DNA of 64,000 bases from Amphiscolops sp. MND2022 (Eukaryota), in NCBI GenBank assembly GCA_964187785.1, contig OZ076409.1, forward strand, positions 18,602,001 to 18,666,000. The letters run 5' to 3'. Below, piece after piece: positions 12,228 through 23,261 of the stretch. The notes under the pieces were generated by a model. It was not told the DNA's origin. It made no database searches and saw only the letters and a program-made list of their open reading frames with translations. Positions within the stretch are counted from its first letter, which is position 1. Each line of letters begins with the position of its first letter. The position numbers and the translations under genes were made by a program.

Positions 12228-14804
12228 ATGAACCAAATCACCTTTACCTTTCATTTAATATATATAATACAAGTTGTTAAATACACGTATATAATAAATA
12301 TAGTTCACTCTTTAGTTCACCCTTCAACTGTTCCCAAAGTTGACACCACCAATTCCGAAAATCATATTTCAGACCAAGATCCTAACATTTTAAACTTAAT
12401 GGTATCTCATTATGATTGTGCAAAACAAAATAACTTACGACAATTCAGTTTATTAAATGTAGAACCAGGTAAACAAGCACCCTCAGATATACAACACACA
12501 AAAACCCAAGCAACAGTTTACGTTAGAGCAAAAGCCAAAAGAATAAAAGCCTTTAAATGTGAAGCATATATAAAGACTGAGAAAGTCTGGTGTTCACAAA
12601 CATTCACATCTAGTAGACGATATGATCGTTTACAATGGGGACAACACACATTAGAACTTCCAAAAATATTGGACCCTATTGAATGCAAAAATATGATCAG
12701 ATATTTAAACGCGACTGATAGCGAAGAATTAAACAACTACAATATACGAAGCTCTTTCTCATTGTTCGACGATAGTAATTATCAAAACACAATTGAACGA
12801 ATTCAGACACCATTTAGAGTAAAAAAACTAAATACATGGCATATTGGAACCTTCGTATTTGACGAAAATTATCCTGATTGGATAGTTAATGTTACACAAA
12901 ATACATACTCTAGATGTCGATCAGACCGCGAACATTTAATTACCCGACAAAGTTGGAAACTTAGAATTGTTAACACCGCAATAGATTATGACGATAAAAA
13001 CAATCAATTAATACATGACGGACACATATTACCATGTTATCATTCAGACGGATTTTGTAAACCAACGACCAAAACTCCATATACATTAACATGGTTTGAT
13101 GAAAAATTTTGCCTCATATTTCAACTTCAAGAATTCATTGGTAGAATGACACGAATCAAAGATAGATATTGGATAGAAACCGATACCTTCATTGAAACTT
13201 CAAACATCACACAAAAACTTCAAACCGAAGGAATACAAGGAACAAAATACCCTAATATAAAAACACCACAATCAAAAGTAAGCAATCCAAGCCTTTCTCG
13301 ATTTGAAATATACCCAATTGCACAAACCTTCTGTGGAAAACCTGAACCATCATTTTCAACACAATATGATGACATCTTTGTTACATACTTAGATGGTTTT
13401 GATATGAACACAGGATTACCAAAACCACACTCAATAATTGACCAAACAATTAGTGGAAATATAAAATATGATGATTCAAACAAAAGGTATATATTCCCTG
13501 CATTGAATATATCAAACAATTTCGCCACTTTAGACTATGATGCCCACATTAATACAAAGATTGATTTCACAATAAATCATGTATTTAAATCCATGACAGT
13601 ACAAGAAATAAACACTCTTCATACAATATGTGAACTAGAAAGAACTCAACTGTTAACAATACTAGCAATGTCAGTTAAAAATCCCCAATTAGCCGGTTTT
13701 CTTTTAACTGGAAATCGTAGTAACTTTCTCTACGTTGAAGGATCTACAGCATGGCTGTATGATTGCCCTCATTTTATATCACCACTATACAAGGCAGATA
13801 AATGCTTTGATAGAATTCCTATACACTACAGAGAAACGATAATGTATGTTGACCCAATAACAAGACAAACTTTTGACTACGCAACACCAATTGAATGTGG
13901 AAATAACCCACAAAATATAATAGAATTAGATCCAGATTCCAACGACGGAGATTTTTATGTGTTAACACCAGAACCACTCAAACGAGAAGCACCACAAATG
14001 TTTAAACCTACCCAAATTAAAACAACAATCACTCCTAATACATTTACCGCCCAAGATGCCGGTATATACTCAAATGCAGAATTAGATCAATTCTGGAATA
14101 GAGTATTATTTGCTAAACATTCAGACACAACTCTTCAATAACTTGGAAAATCATTAAGCTATGATTTCATTTCAATGCATAATGAAAAACACTCATACTC
14201 AGGACATAATCCCTATAATCATTTAAGGATTGGAGTACATGACCACTTGTTAAATCTTTTACCACTTTTTAACCCTGACTGGTTCAGTCAAGCATTCATT
14301 AATTTCTTTGGATACCCATGTTATGTTTTAACCCAATGTGGAATTTATTTTTCAACATTCCTTTTCATTAGAGAAGTTTTAACATTTATACTCAAATTCT
14401 ACAGAACAATTAGCATAAAATATAATCTCCAAAGCAACATTTCCATTTTGAGTTCAATAGCCCATGGATTTTTTAATATAGTTACATCGGAAATGGTAAC
14501 CGATTTAAATAATACAGGAAAACGAAAACGGATATACACTAAACACAAAATTACAACAAGTGAAAATGATAATATCCTATTGCCGGAAAAAGAATTAAAC
14601 AATAAACGAAGACACTCTGATACTGACTCCCCTTATTTACCTCCTAAATATTCCAGTAAGAACTCAACATTTCAATCACCGCAAAAGACACACCCAACTA
14701 ATGTAAACGATATTAATTCTCAGGACTATGACCCAAAAATGTCAAATGTAATAGCTGTACCGGAAAGTCCTGCTAAAGTCTTTATAAAATTCAATCCCTC
14801 CTAG
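12228..14804 (+). CDS. env: Envelope glycoprotein, class III fusogen-like (herpes gB / chuvirus G type); one internal TAA at 14139-14141
   Basis: Hydrophobic N-terminus. YDC..FSLLNVE..FKC..WC..EC cysteine pattern. ICELERTQLLTILAMSVKNPQLAGFLLTGNRSNFLYVEGSTAWLYDC resembles the gB central helix region. CFDRIPIHY..YVDPITRQ..IEC. Several NxS/T sites. C-terminal TM segment in the in-frame ORF 14175-14804. Confidence 0.85.
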
Positions 14805-15220
14805 CTGAAAAGCAATAACTTAAAAAACAAATTAACCTCAAGAAAAGTTCACAAAATTATCAACCAAATTCTTCTCAGTTTCAACTTTCATTCACACCCA
14901 AATTCTCACTCGGACCGGTCTCTCCTTTTCAACTGAACTCAACTCTCAACCAGAAGACTTCAACTGGATTTTCAGTCCATCTAAACGACCGAAATCACAG
15001 AAGTTTCTATTCGTGGAATAGATGCCACTGTGATTGTTGATGTTTTCAACCCATCATTGACCCAGTATTCCCATATTGTAAGTACAATTTAAACTTTAAT
15101 TTTAACAAACAACTTAATGGATAGAAAAGACATAACAAAATTTTTCCTTAGTTTTAGAAATAATGTAATCAAATGTTATAATCATTATTTTAGCTCTACA
15201 AAAACACGCAAGTTCAAATA

Positions 15221-16512
15221 ATGGAATCCTTGTCCGAAATTGATGTAGTTAACTCTAATCCCTCTGAATTGCTTGCAACCCCTTTGAATATAACTATTCA
15301 ACAAGATGTTACCGAAGATAATAACTCTTCCTCCAACTCTCAAGACCCTATAGAAAATATCCCTATTGAACAAGTAGATCATGTTAACACAAGATCTCAA
15401 AAAGAAAGTACCCAGATATAACCGCAGATAAACCTTTTATGGAATCTGGCGCTTGCCCTCCTTTCATAAAACCAATTAAACAAGATGAAGATAGAGATTG
15501 TGAATTAGTTCCTATTCTCTCGTCGAAACGATTCACATTTCAATCTCAGTTAACTTCGTTATACATGATTCCAACAAAATACAAATTCATCATCAGAGAA
15601 TTTAAAAATGATTATCATACATCAATTGCTTCAAAACTGATTACCCCATATGATTGGTGGTTAAACAATAAAGTGAAAATTTTCTCACTTCAATACAACT
15701 TCCTCAGACCATCTCCATATGATCTTCGAACAGAAGAAAATGATGCAAATTTTTTGCCATATCAAATCAAAAAGGCCCACCATATGACTTATCAAAAGTT
15801 CCTTCAATATAAAGAGCCCGATAATTATATATTCTTCAACTCCAAATATACATCGCCATTCAGTTGCAACTCAGAATATTTAATAGATCATACCACAACA
15901 AAAGGAAAACTTAGAAATTATGACCCGCTGAAACAAAGTTTTCTCTTCCTTCCAAATGATAACCCAAAAAGACCAATCATTGTTCCACAAGAATACCTCA
16001 TTCTAAACGACGATTCGTTACTACAAGAAGATATACCTCAACATATATCTGATCCTCTTCCTCCACTTCAACAAATAGCCTCTCAACCATTGGGAGACTG
16101 TGAAAAGTCTTATTTCCACGCAATGATCAAAAAGGGATATTCAAATAATGAATTAATTTTCATTATTTCCCACCTACTTTCACTTATTACAAATGGAAAT
16201 CACAAAGAAAATAAAAAGGCAAAACAAGAATCGCCTATGAAAACCAAAAATGATATTCCTCAACCACAAAGTTTTCGCCCAACAGGTGAATTACAGAAAT
16301 ATACAGAAATTCTGAATATCATAAAACCGTATCATCATCCAAACCGAGATATTCTTATAACAATCGCTGAAATCGTAAATACCCTTGAACAAGCTCGAAG
16401 CATAATACAAAATATCGTATTTGATACGACAAGAATTAGCCAATCAGCTTTGTGCATTCGCACATCCTTAGACGAATTCAACTACACTATTGAAAAAATG
16501 CATCGATCTTAA
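15221..16512 (+). CDS. Accessory ORF 3' of env, unknown function (~430 aa if the frameshift near 15415 is repaired; intact part 15439-16512)
   Basis: 66-aa and 357-aa ORFs are adjacent in different frames, have element-like composition and lie inside the LTRs. No recognisable motif. Confidence 0.65.
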
Positions 16513-16848
16513 CTGGTAATTATGGGATAATAGCTTTAAAGTTGTTAACACTTATCACTTAATCTCTTAACAACCTGTCAAAATTAATTGAATCTACACG
16601 CATATGCCTGCTATGCATGATTCTAATACATGCTTGGTGTTAAAATACACTTTTAAAATGAAATAACATAAAAATTTCAATCACGACATAAAAATTTTCA
16701 ACGAAATTCTTCAATTGCTCCTCCTTTTAATGGACCGATTTCAACAAATAAGTACTTATATGAAAGATATTTAAATACCCTTCAAAAGACTTTCAAAATA
16801 CAACAACTTAATTCTTATCTTAAAATTAAAAAGTTATAACATCACAAA

Positions 16849-17505
16849 ATGCAATAAAAAAATGTCAACTACGAAATTCTATTTTCAAAGGAACTTTATT
16901 GTAAACAAACTAATCTATTTTAGGTGAATATCGTCACAACTGCTTCTTCAGCATTCCTTCCTACTCTCAGGTCACCCATTCAAGAAGAATTCCGAAGTAT
17001 CTTCTACAGCTTTCAACGAAATTTTCTCATTCTTCAATATGACACCTATCCACTCTGGCGACATTGACTGCCCGATAGCTCCTTTTCTTTCAATCTCTTC
17101 AGCTCGATTGCGATCCTTGATCCTGAAAAAGCATTTAACGACATTAAATGCGCAGCTTCGAACAGAAAAAAAGGCAGACCCAGATCTTACAAGATGATAT
17201 TGCCTAATATGTTCCAAATAACAAGAATAAATTTCGACCAATATCTCCATATTCATAAACATCCTGACACTTATTCAACTCGAAAGGATGCCACTACCCA
17301 AACAGAACCTACTACCATCAAACCCAAGCGTTTAATACGAACTCTATCCAATAGAATGCATTCCGAAATGGAAAAACAACGTCTAAATTCATATTGGCCC
17401 TCAGATGACAATGATGACACTGACGAAGACCTTCAAAAAGATCCCCCAGAAGCACTTATAGATGATAATTACCCACACAAAACATATACTTACGTTTCCT
17501 TCTAA
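16849..17505 (+). pseudogene. Second degenerate accessory ORF 3' of env
   Basis: ATG 16849 is in frame with ORF 17194-17505, with three in-frame stops. Contains RKDATTQTE and an acidic tail. Confidence 0.45.
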
Positions 17506-18051
17506 TATCAACAGACGCCACCAACAGCACCCGTCTACTCCCATCTTCGAATTCCACATCTTCAACGAGCAACAGATCAGCACCCATCTTCAACTTCACC
17601 GCCGCCCAACAGTTGCCCACCTTCATTCATCTGCTGACCCTTCTTCTTCCATCTTCCAATCGTCCATCGTCACCCACATGCTCAGCCAAAGATGATCGAT
17701 AAGTAATAATAAAGAAAACTCAAAGAAAAACATTGTGCATGATAACATTTCGAAAAAGTTTCGAACTCATCTAATATTTCATAGAATTCAAACTCTCATC
17801 TAAATTATTCATTATGTAGTTATTATTTCAAATTTCATCCCCACCCACATTTATTTGCCCAAAAATTTTTATTCACACCTGTACCGATATTTATTTGCTT
17901 TATTTTTAAAGAATAGTTAGTAATGTGTATTATTTTTCGGTGCTATCCTACCCAACAAAAAATTCACAAATATTGTCAACAAATCTTTTCAAATTTCAAC
18001 AAAACCAGCTCCAAATCAGATCAAGCACATTGTTCAGATCAAATTCGAATA

Positions 18052-18461
18052 ATGACAGACCCAAGTTCTCAAAGTTTTTAACATTTGTTACATAACAAAC
18101 CCGCCAAAATTAATTACAACCTGAAATCTTTTCAAACGTATTTCACGTTCGATAAAAATTTTTTTCTCAACAATATTACTTCTTTGACTCTTTGACCTCT
18201 AACTCGTATGATGTTTGCTCACGTTTGTTCAATGCGAAGTTCATTCAAAACTTCAACAGAAGCATAAAATTGAGCATCTACCAGTTCAAAAAACAAGCCG
18301 ACGAAAGCATAGTGAAAAAGAACACTTTGACGCTTTTGAACTGTAGTCGCACCTACGAGGTGTCAATCAAAATTTTGACAATTCGAGGTACACCAATGAG
18401 TCGAATTTACACCACTCTTAACGAGACTTATGCCAATCATCCATCAAATGAAAAATGTTAA
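18052..18461 (+). pseudogene. Possible third degenerate accessory ORF before the PPT
   Basis: ATG 18052, one stop and a frameshift in a T-run near 18160 lead into ORF 18192-18461. Confidence 0.3.
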
Positions 18462-18544
18462 CTAGCTGAAACGCTAAGAACATTTAAACAAAAAATTTTT
18501 CTTCATTTCAATTAATGATGCTACTTTAAAATTTTATTTTATTT

Positions 18545-18559
18545 AAAAACCGGGATGGA
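18545..18559 (+). promoter_or_regulatory. Polypurine tract
   Basis: AAAAACCGGGATGGA immediately before the TG of the 3' LTR. Confidence 0.75.
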
Positions 18560-18828
18560 TGTACTGACCTACATTAATAACCAATAGTATTTATATGTTT
18601 ATAGAATGTTCTAGAATGTACATTTATTTGTTATTGAATGATTGTAAATCTCTACTCCTTCAGAGAGAGAAAACTAATAATCAGTATTCAGTTGACTTCC
18701 TTTTTGTTCTACTCCTAACACCTCGGAATAGTTGTAATAAAGTAAGCTAGCTAGCCTGTCTCTCAGCTGCTTTTAGTAGTTGCGTATAAGACCATCAAAA
18801 ACAATAACCAACCATTAAAAGCAGCACA
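18560..18828 (+). repeat. 3' LTR (269 bp)
   Basis: Copy of 369-637. AATAAA at 18736-18741. Followed by AGAC TSD. Confidence 0.97.
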
Positions 18829-18859
18829 AGACTCTGATTAACTAAATAGTAAAAAAAGT

Positions 18860-19705
18860 TCACTTTTGTTTTGTTAGCAGATCTGCCGGCATTCTATCTG
18901 TAGGTAAAAATTCCAGTAAAATTTCGCCTTTTTCCGTTTTTTCCTGAAGGAAGCAAGTTTTTATGGCAAAATGTTTTGTCTTATTATGATGGATTGAGTG
19001 TTTGCTGAGAGCTATGCATGCTTGATTGTCAACAAACACGCTCACAGGTTTCACCACAACAACTCCAAGCTCACTCAATACACCACAGACATACGACAAC
19101 TCTTGTACAGCGACAGTGCAAGCATTGACTTCAGCTTCGGCTGTTGACAGAGCAACACTAGCTTGCAATTTATTGGTCCAACACACACAACCACTCACAC
19201 TGTTCAATTTCACACACACGCCACTTGTACTCTTTCTCGATGTCAACTCACCGGCCCAATCTGCGTCAGAGAAAGCACAAACAGACACGCCACCTTCACA
19301 CATTCTAAACACGAGTTCATGTTGCTTGGTTCCTTTCAAATACCTCAAAATTCGTTTTCCGGCCATCCAATGTTCTTTTGATGGATGCTCTAGGAAACTA
19401 CTTAAGACGTGAGAGGCATGAGCAATGTCAGGACGACTGCTAAGTGCTAAGTAGTTCAAACTACCAACTAATCCTCTATAGTCTCGTCGTTCCATTATGC
19501 TTTGTTCGTCATAATCTTGTTCTTTGTTACTTTCTCGTTCGAACTTGGTATTTTCTGGTAACGGATTTTGTACTGGTTTACACTCTTCCATGTTGTAGCG
19601 TCTCAAAAGATCGTCAATATACTTCTCCTGACTCACTGCGATTTCGCTCTCTCTAACGTCTATCTTCATCCCAAGGAACCAATGTAGTGAACTACAGTCA
19701 CTCAC
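18860..19705 (-). CDS. pol: Copia RT C-terminus and RNase H (3'-truncated)
   Basis: YRGLVGSLNYL..RPDI; SDADWAG; STAEAE; DNQACI; ADLLTK. Confidence 0.92.
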   Translation of the reverse strand: MSDCSSLHWFLGMKIDVRESEIAVSQEKYIDDLLRRYNMEECKPVQNPLPENTKFERESNKEQDYDEQSIMERRDYRGLVGSLNYLALSSRPDIAHASHVLSSFLEHPSKEHWMAGKRILRYLKGTKQHELVFRMCEGGVSVCAFSDADWAGELTSRKSTSGVCVKLNSVSGCVCWTNKLQASVALSTAEAEVNACTVAVQELSYVCGVLSELGVVVVKPVSVFVDNQACIALSKHSIHHNKTKHFAIKTCFLQEKTEKGEILLEFLPTDRMPADLLTKQK

Positions 19706-20760
19706 TTCAAACTGTTCTTTTTTTTCTTCTCAAACCATCCAACAAAAGCATCCTGTCGTCCCCAATAAAGCATATCATCCACCCACACACACACAACACA
19801 CACCTCATCACCAGTACCTCTCACAAACAAGCATTTGTCGTTTATACATGCTCGGAATCCGATTCTTTCTAGGAACATCTTTAGTGTTAAATACCAGTTG
19901 CGCCCAGACTGTTTAAGTCCGTATAAACTCTTTCGCAACTTACAGTACAATTGGTTACCTTCGTTATTTTTGACTTCAAAGCCTTCCGGTTGTTCCATGT
20001 AGATGTTCTCTTCTATGTCTGCATTCAAATATGCTGTTTTGATGTCCATCTGTCTTGGTTTTACTTGATACTGCGCTGCTAGCTTCAACAGAATCCGTAT
20101 TGTAGACATTCTCACAGTTGGTGAATAGGTTTCGAAGAAATCGCGACCCTCAACTTGTGCAAAACCTTTCGCAACAAATCTGGCTTTGCACTTCTTGAAA
20201 CTTCCGTCTTCGTTGTGTTTCATCGCAAAATGCCATTTTCCTCTCAATGGCTTAGTTCCTTTCGGTAGTTCCTCCAATGTCCAAACTTGGTTACTACACA
20301 AAGAATCGAATTCAGTTTTCATTGCTTCCTTCCACTGAGGATCACTCAAGGCTTCTTGAACGGAACATGGTAGCTTAATCTGACTTGGTTCCTTCTTTGC
20401 ATTGAATGACACTTCATCGCCCGCAACATCTGTGCCATGAAGTTGATTGGATGGGATGTTGTTCACACTTGGTTGACCTTCCTTGGTTCCAAAGTAAAAC
20501 TCATCCTCATTAAACCTCACACTTCTTGTTTTGATCTTCTTGGTTGCGCCGTTTTCCTCTAATCCAACTATGTACGTTTTGCTGTTCTCTGCAAAACCTA
20601 GAAAGACTCCCACTTTTGCTCTCTCGTCGAAATTTCCTCTGAATTGCTTCTCCATAAAACTGTAAACTTTGCAGCCAAACACTTTTATAAAGCTTAAATT
20701 TGGCCTTTCACCGTATATCCTCGCATATGGAGTTTGCTTGGTTGCTGAGTGTAGGAGCAA
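19702..20760 (-). CDS. pol: Copia integrase C-terminal SH3-like region and reverse transcriptase
   Basis: KVFGCKVY..GVFLGF; EALSDPQWKEAMKTE, KARFVAKGF, MDIKTAYLNA, LYGLKQSGRNW, VWVDDML. Frameshifted relative to both neighbours. Confidence 0.93.
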   Translation of the reverse strand: MLLHSATKQTPYARIYGERPNLSFIKVFGCKVYSFMEKQFRGNFDERAKVGVFLGFAENSKTYIVGLEENGATKKIKTRSVRFNEDEFYFGTKEGQPSVNNIPSNQLHGTDVAGDEVSFNAKKEPSQIKLPCSVQEALSDPQWKEAMKTEFDSLCSNQVWTLEELPKGTKPLRGKWHFAMKHNEDGSFKKCKARFVAKGFAQVEGRDFFETYSPTVRMSTIRILLKLAAQYQVKPRQMDIKTAYLNADIEENIYMEQPEGFEVKNNEGNQLYCKLRKSLYGLKQSGRNWYLTLKMFLERIGFRACINDKCLFVRGTGDEVCVVCVWVDDMLYWGRQDAFVGWFEKKKKNSLK

Positions 20761-21875
20761 GTTTTGATGTAAAATGCATAGTTCAGTGCGTATGTCCAAT
20801 ATTCTTTGTCCATGTTGGCCCGATGGATCATACACCTGGCCATTCCGCAAATTGTTCCCCACACTCTCTCAATTTTCCCATTTTCCTCCGGTGTATACGG
20901 TGCAGGTGTTTCCTGTCTGATGCCTTTGTTCCTACAAAATGTCTTCATGTCACCGCCAACAAACTCCTTTGCACAGTCGGTTACAAGAACTCTTGGTTTC
21001 CCTATATCTGCACAGTACTGCTCAACTTTCGCTGCTACTTCGTCACGGCTTTTCATGAAATAAACCTTACCATAGCGACTGTAATTATCTTGGAATCCTA
21101 TGGCGTACTTATGACCATCCACCGAAACTGGTGACACTGGGCCTAGGACGTCACAATGTACGTAGTCCAATGGCTCTTTGGCCCGTGTAATGCAGTCTTT
21201 GGGTACAGGTCTTCTTTTGGCTGTGTTAACCTCACACACTTCACACACGAACACGTCATTTTCACACACATCCATTCCAACAACATGTTCCTTTAACTTT
21301 TTCAAATCCTCCCAGTTATGACCCAGTCGGTCATGCCACTTACTTAGTTTATTGGAGAGGCATGTCTCATGCTTGGTTACTCTCAAATCAGGGACTATTC
21401 TCCAAACGAACAAATTATTTTCTTGCTTTATGTGAAACTTGGATCCATCAGACGTCGTTAAGGAGTTTTCCTCTCCGAAACGAATCTCCACCCCGACTTT
21501 CTTCAGTCGCGCTACGGACACTAGGTTTCTGTCGTACGCCGGCACGTACAACGCATCCCGCAACTCCACTCTTCTCGCGTTACCTTCGCTATCCTTTACA
21601 CAGAAGACAGCACAGCCTTTTCCGCACAGTTTCGACTCCGTCTTGTTGGCACATCCAACTACTCCTTCTATCTCCTCATTCAGTTCGGCAAACAGTTTCC
21701 TGTCTTTTATCATGTGGTTCGTGCAACCACTATCTACCACCAGGTCATTATTACTCACTGCAATATCTTCATTTGCAAAGAATGAAAATTGGACCTCCTC
21801 ATTTTTGCCTGAGTCATCCTGTTGCACGGCTAATCTTGCCTCATCGGTTCCTTGGTTGCTTTGGTTTCCTCTCAA
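20694..21875 (-). CDS. pol: Copia protease, GAG-pre-integrase and integrase core
   Basis: VVDSGCTNHM; WHDRLGH..CEVC; VHCDVLGP, TDCAKEF, PEENGKIER. Confidence 0.93.
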   Translation of the reverse strand: MRGNQSNQGTDEARLAVQQDDSGKNEEVQFSFFANEDIAVSNNDLVVDSGCTNHMIKDRKLFAELNEEIEGVVGCANKTESKLCGKGCAVFCVKDSEGNARRVELRDALYVPAYDRNLVSVARLKKVGVEIRFGEENSLTTSDGSKFHIKQENNLFVWRIVPDLRVTKHETCLSNKLSKWHDRLGHNWEDLKKLKEHVVGMDVCENDVFVCEVCEVNTAKRRPVPKDCITRAKEPLDYVHCDVLGPVSPVSVDGHKYAIGFQDNYSRYGKVYFMKSRDEVAAKVEQYCADIGKPRVLVTDCAKEFVGGDMKTFCRNKGIRQETPAPYTPEENGKIERVWGTICGMARCMIHRANMDKEYWTYALNYAFYIKTCSYTQQPSKLHMRGYTVKGQI

Positions 21876-22524
21876 TTTGAAACAGGTACTTAAGGTGTGT
21901 CCTTTTTTTCTTGCAGTGGTTACAAAATCTTTCCGGCATTCGATGATTACTATCGCGGGAAGTCACTTGGGACGGGCAAAACTTCGCTATATGTCCTGGT
22001 TTACTGCATTTGAAACAGACGCGAGGTTGTCCAAAACTCTTAGTTTGCTTGGTCTCTGTACGTGCTTTTTGTGTACAATCAAATGATTTGTGACCTGGTC
22101 CTCCACAGAGATGACATTTAACTTCGTTACGACTGAGGAACGTGGTTTCTTCTGCTCTTGGTTTCCTTCGGTCGGTGTCGAAATTTATCAGATCCCTCTT
22201 TACCTCGTCCAAACTTTTTGTTTCCTTGGTAAACTTTACGAGGGCACAAAATGTCTCGAAATCCTTGGGAAGACCTTTTAACAATATTGATATAAACATT
22301 TGCTCGCTTAGCGCTTCGTCCACCTGACGTAGGTTGTATTGTAGGTCTTCAGCTCTGGTAATGTAATCAACAATTGTTTCATTTTGATCTTTTCTAAGTG
22401 AGGTCAGTTTCTCAATCAGCTGCTGCAACCGATGACGCTCAAAACTCTTAAAACGGTCGCACAAGGCATTCCACGCAGCTGGACCATCACCTTTGTAACT
22501 TCTTACGAACAACAGAGACTTTTT
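21841..22524 (-). pseudogene. gag: Copia gag (5'-truncated) with three CCHC knuckles
   Basis: AWNALCDRF..ETIVDYITRA..LLKGLPKDF. Knuckles CHLCGGPGHKSFDC and CFKCSKPGHIAKFC. The third knuckle is broken by a frameshift in an A-run near 21905. Confidence 0.9.
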
Positions 22525-23261
22525 ATACCAAGTTCGAACGAGAAAGTAACAAAGAACAAGATTATTACGAACAAAGCATAATGGAACGACGAGACTATAG
22601 AGGATTAGTTGGTAGTTTGAACTACTTAGCACTTAGCAGTCGTCCTGACATTGCTCATGCCTCTCACGTCTTAAGTAGTTTCCTAGAGCATTCATCAAAA
22701 GAACATTGGATGGCCGGAAAACGAATTTTGAGGTATTTGAAAGGAACCAAGCAACATGAACTCGTGTTTAGAATGTGTGAAGGTGGCGTGTCTGTTTGTG
22801 CTTTCTCTGACGCAGATTGGGCCGGTGAGTTGACATCGAGAAAGAGTACAAGTGGCGTGTGTGTGAAATTGAACAGTGTGAGTGGTTGTGTGTGTTGGAC
22901 CAGTAAATTGCAAGCTAGTGTTGCTCTGTCAACAGCCGAAGCTGAAGTCAATGCTTGCACTGTTGCTGTACAAGAGTTGTCGTATGTCTGTGGTGTATTG
23001 AGTGAGCTTGGAGTTGTTGTGGTGAAACCTGTGAGCGTGTTTGTTGACAATCAAGCATGCATAGCTCTAAGCAAACACTCAATCCATCATAACAAGACAA
23101 AACATTTTGCCATAAAAACTTGCTTCCTTCAGGAAAAAACGGAAAAAGGCGAAATTTTACTGGAATTTTTACCTACAGATAGAATGCCGGCAGATCTGCT
23201 AACAAAACTTTTAGGGGAAATAAAAACAGAACTTTTCACTAAAATTTTGCTGTGCCCTTGA
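22525..23261 (+). CDS. pol: Inverted duplicate of Copia RT-end/RNase H with the natural C-terminus
   Basis: 22525-23208 is the reverse complement of 18868-19551 (684 bp, about 6 mismatches). Continues to ...LLGEIKTELFTKILLCP* and the PPT. Confidence 0.92.

Larger units (their letters stand above)
369..18828 (+). mobile_element. Full-length giant Ty3/Gypsy (Metaviridae-like) LTR retroelement with env and accessory ORFs, 18,460 bp
   Basis: Direct 269-bp LTRs (TG...CA) at both ends. AGAC TSD at 365-368 and 18829-18832. PBS after the 5' LTR and purine tract before the 3' LTR. Domain order gag-PR-RT-RH-IN (Gypsy order), followed by a glycoprotein ORF. Strong A/C-rich, G-poor + strand bias throughout. 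Confidence 0.96.

Noticed and set aside
14850..15092. Weak resemblance (SLGP..PF.L, FNP) to the C-terminus of the pre-env ORF
   Set aside because: Requires a frameshift and rests on few residues; cannot be supported by eye.
19026..22327. Several plus-strand ORFs of 60-215 aa
   Set aside because: Antisense shadows of Copia pol/gag.
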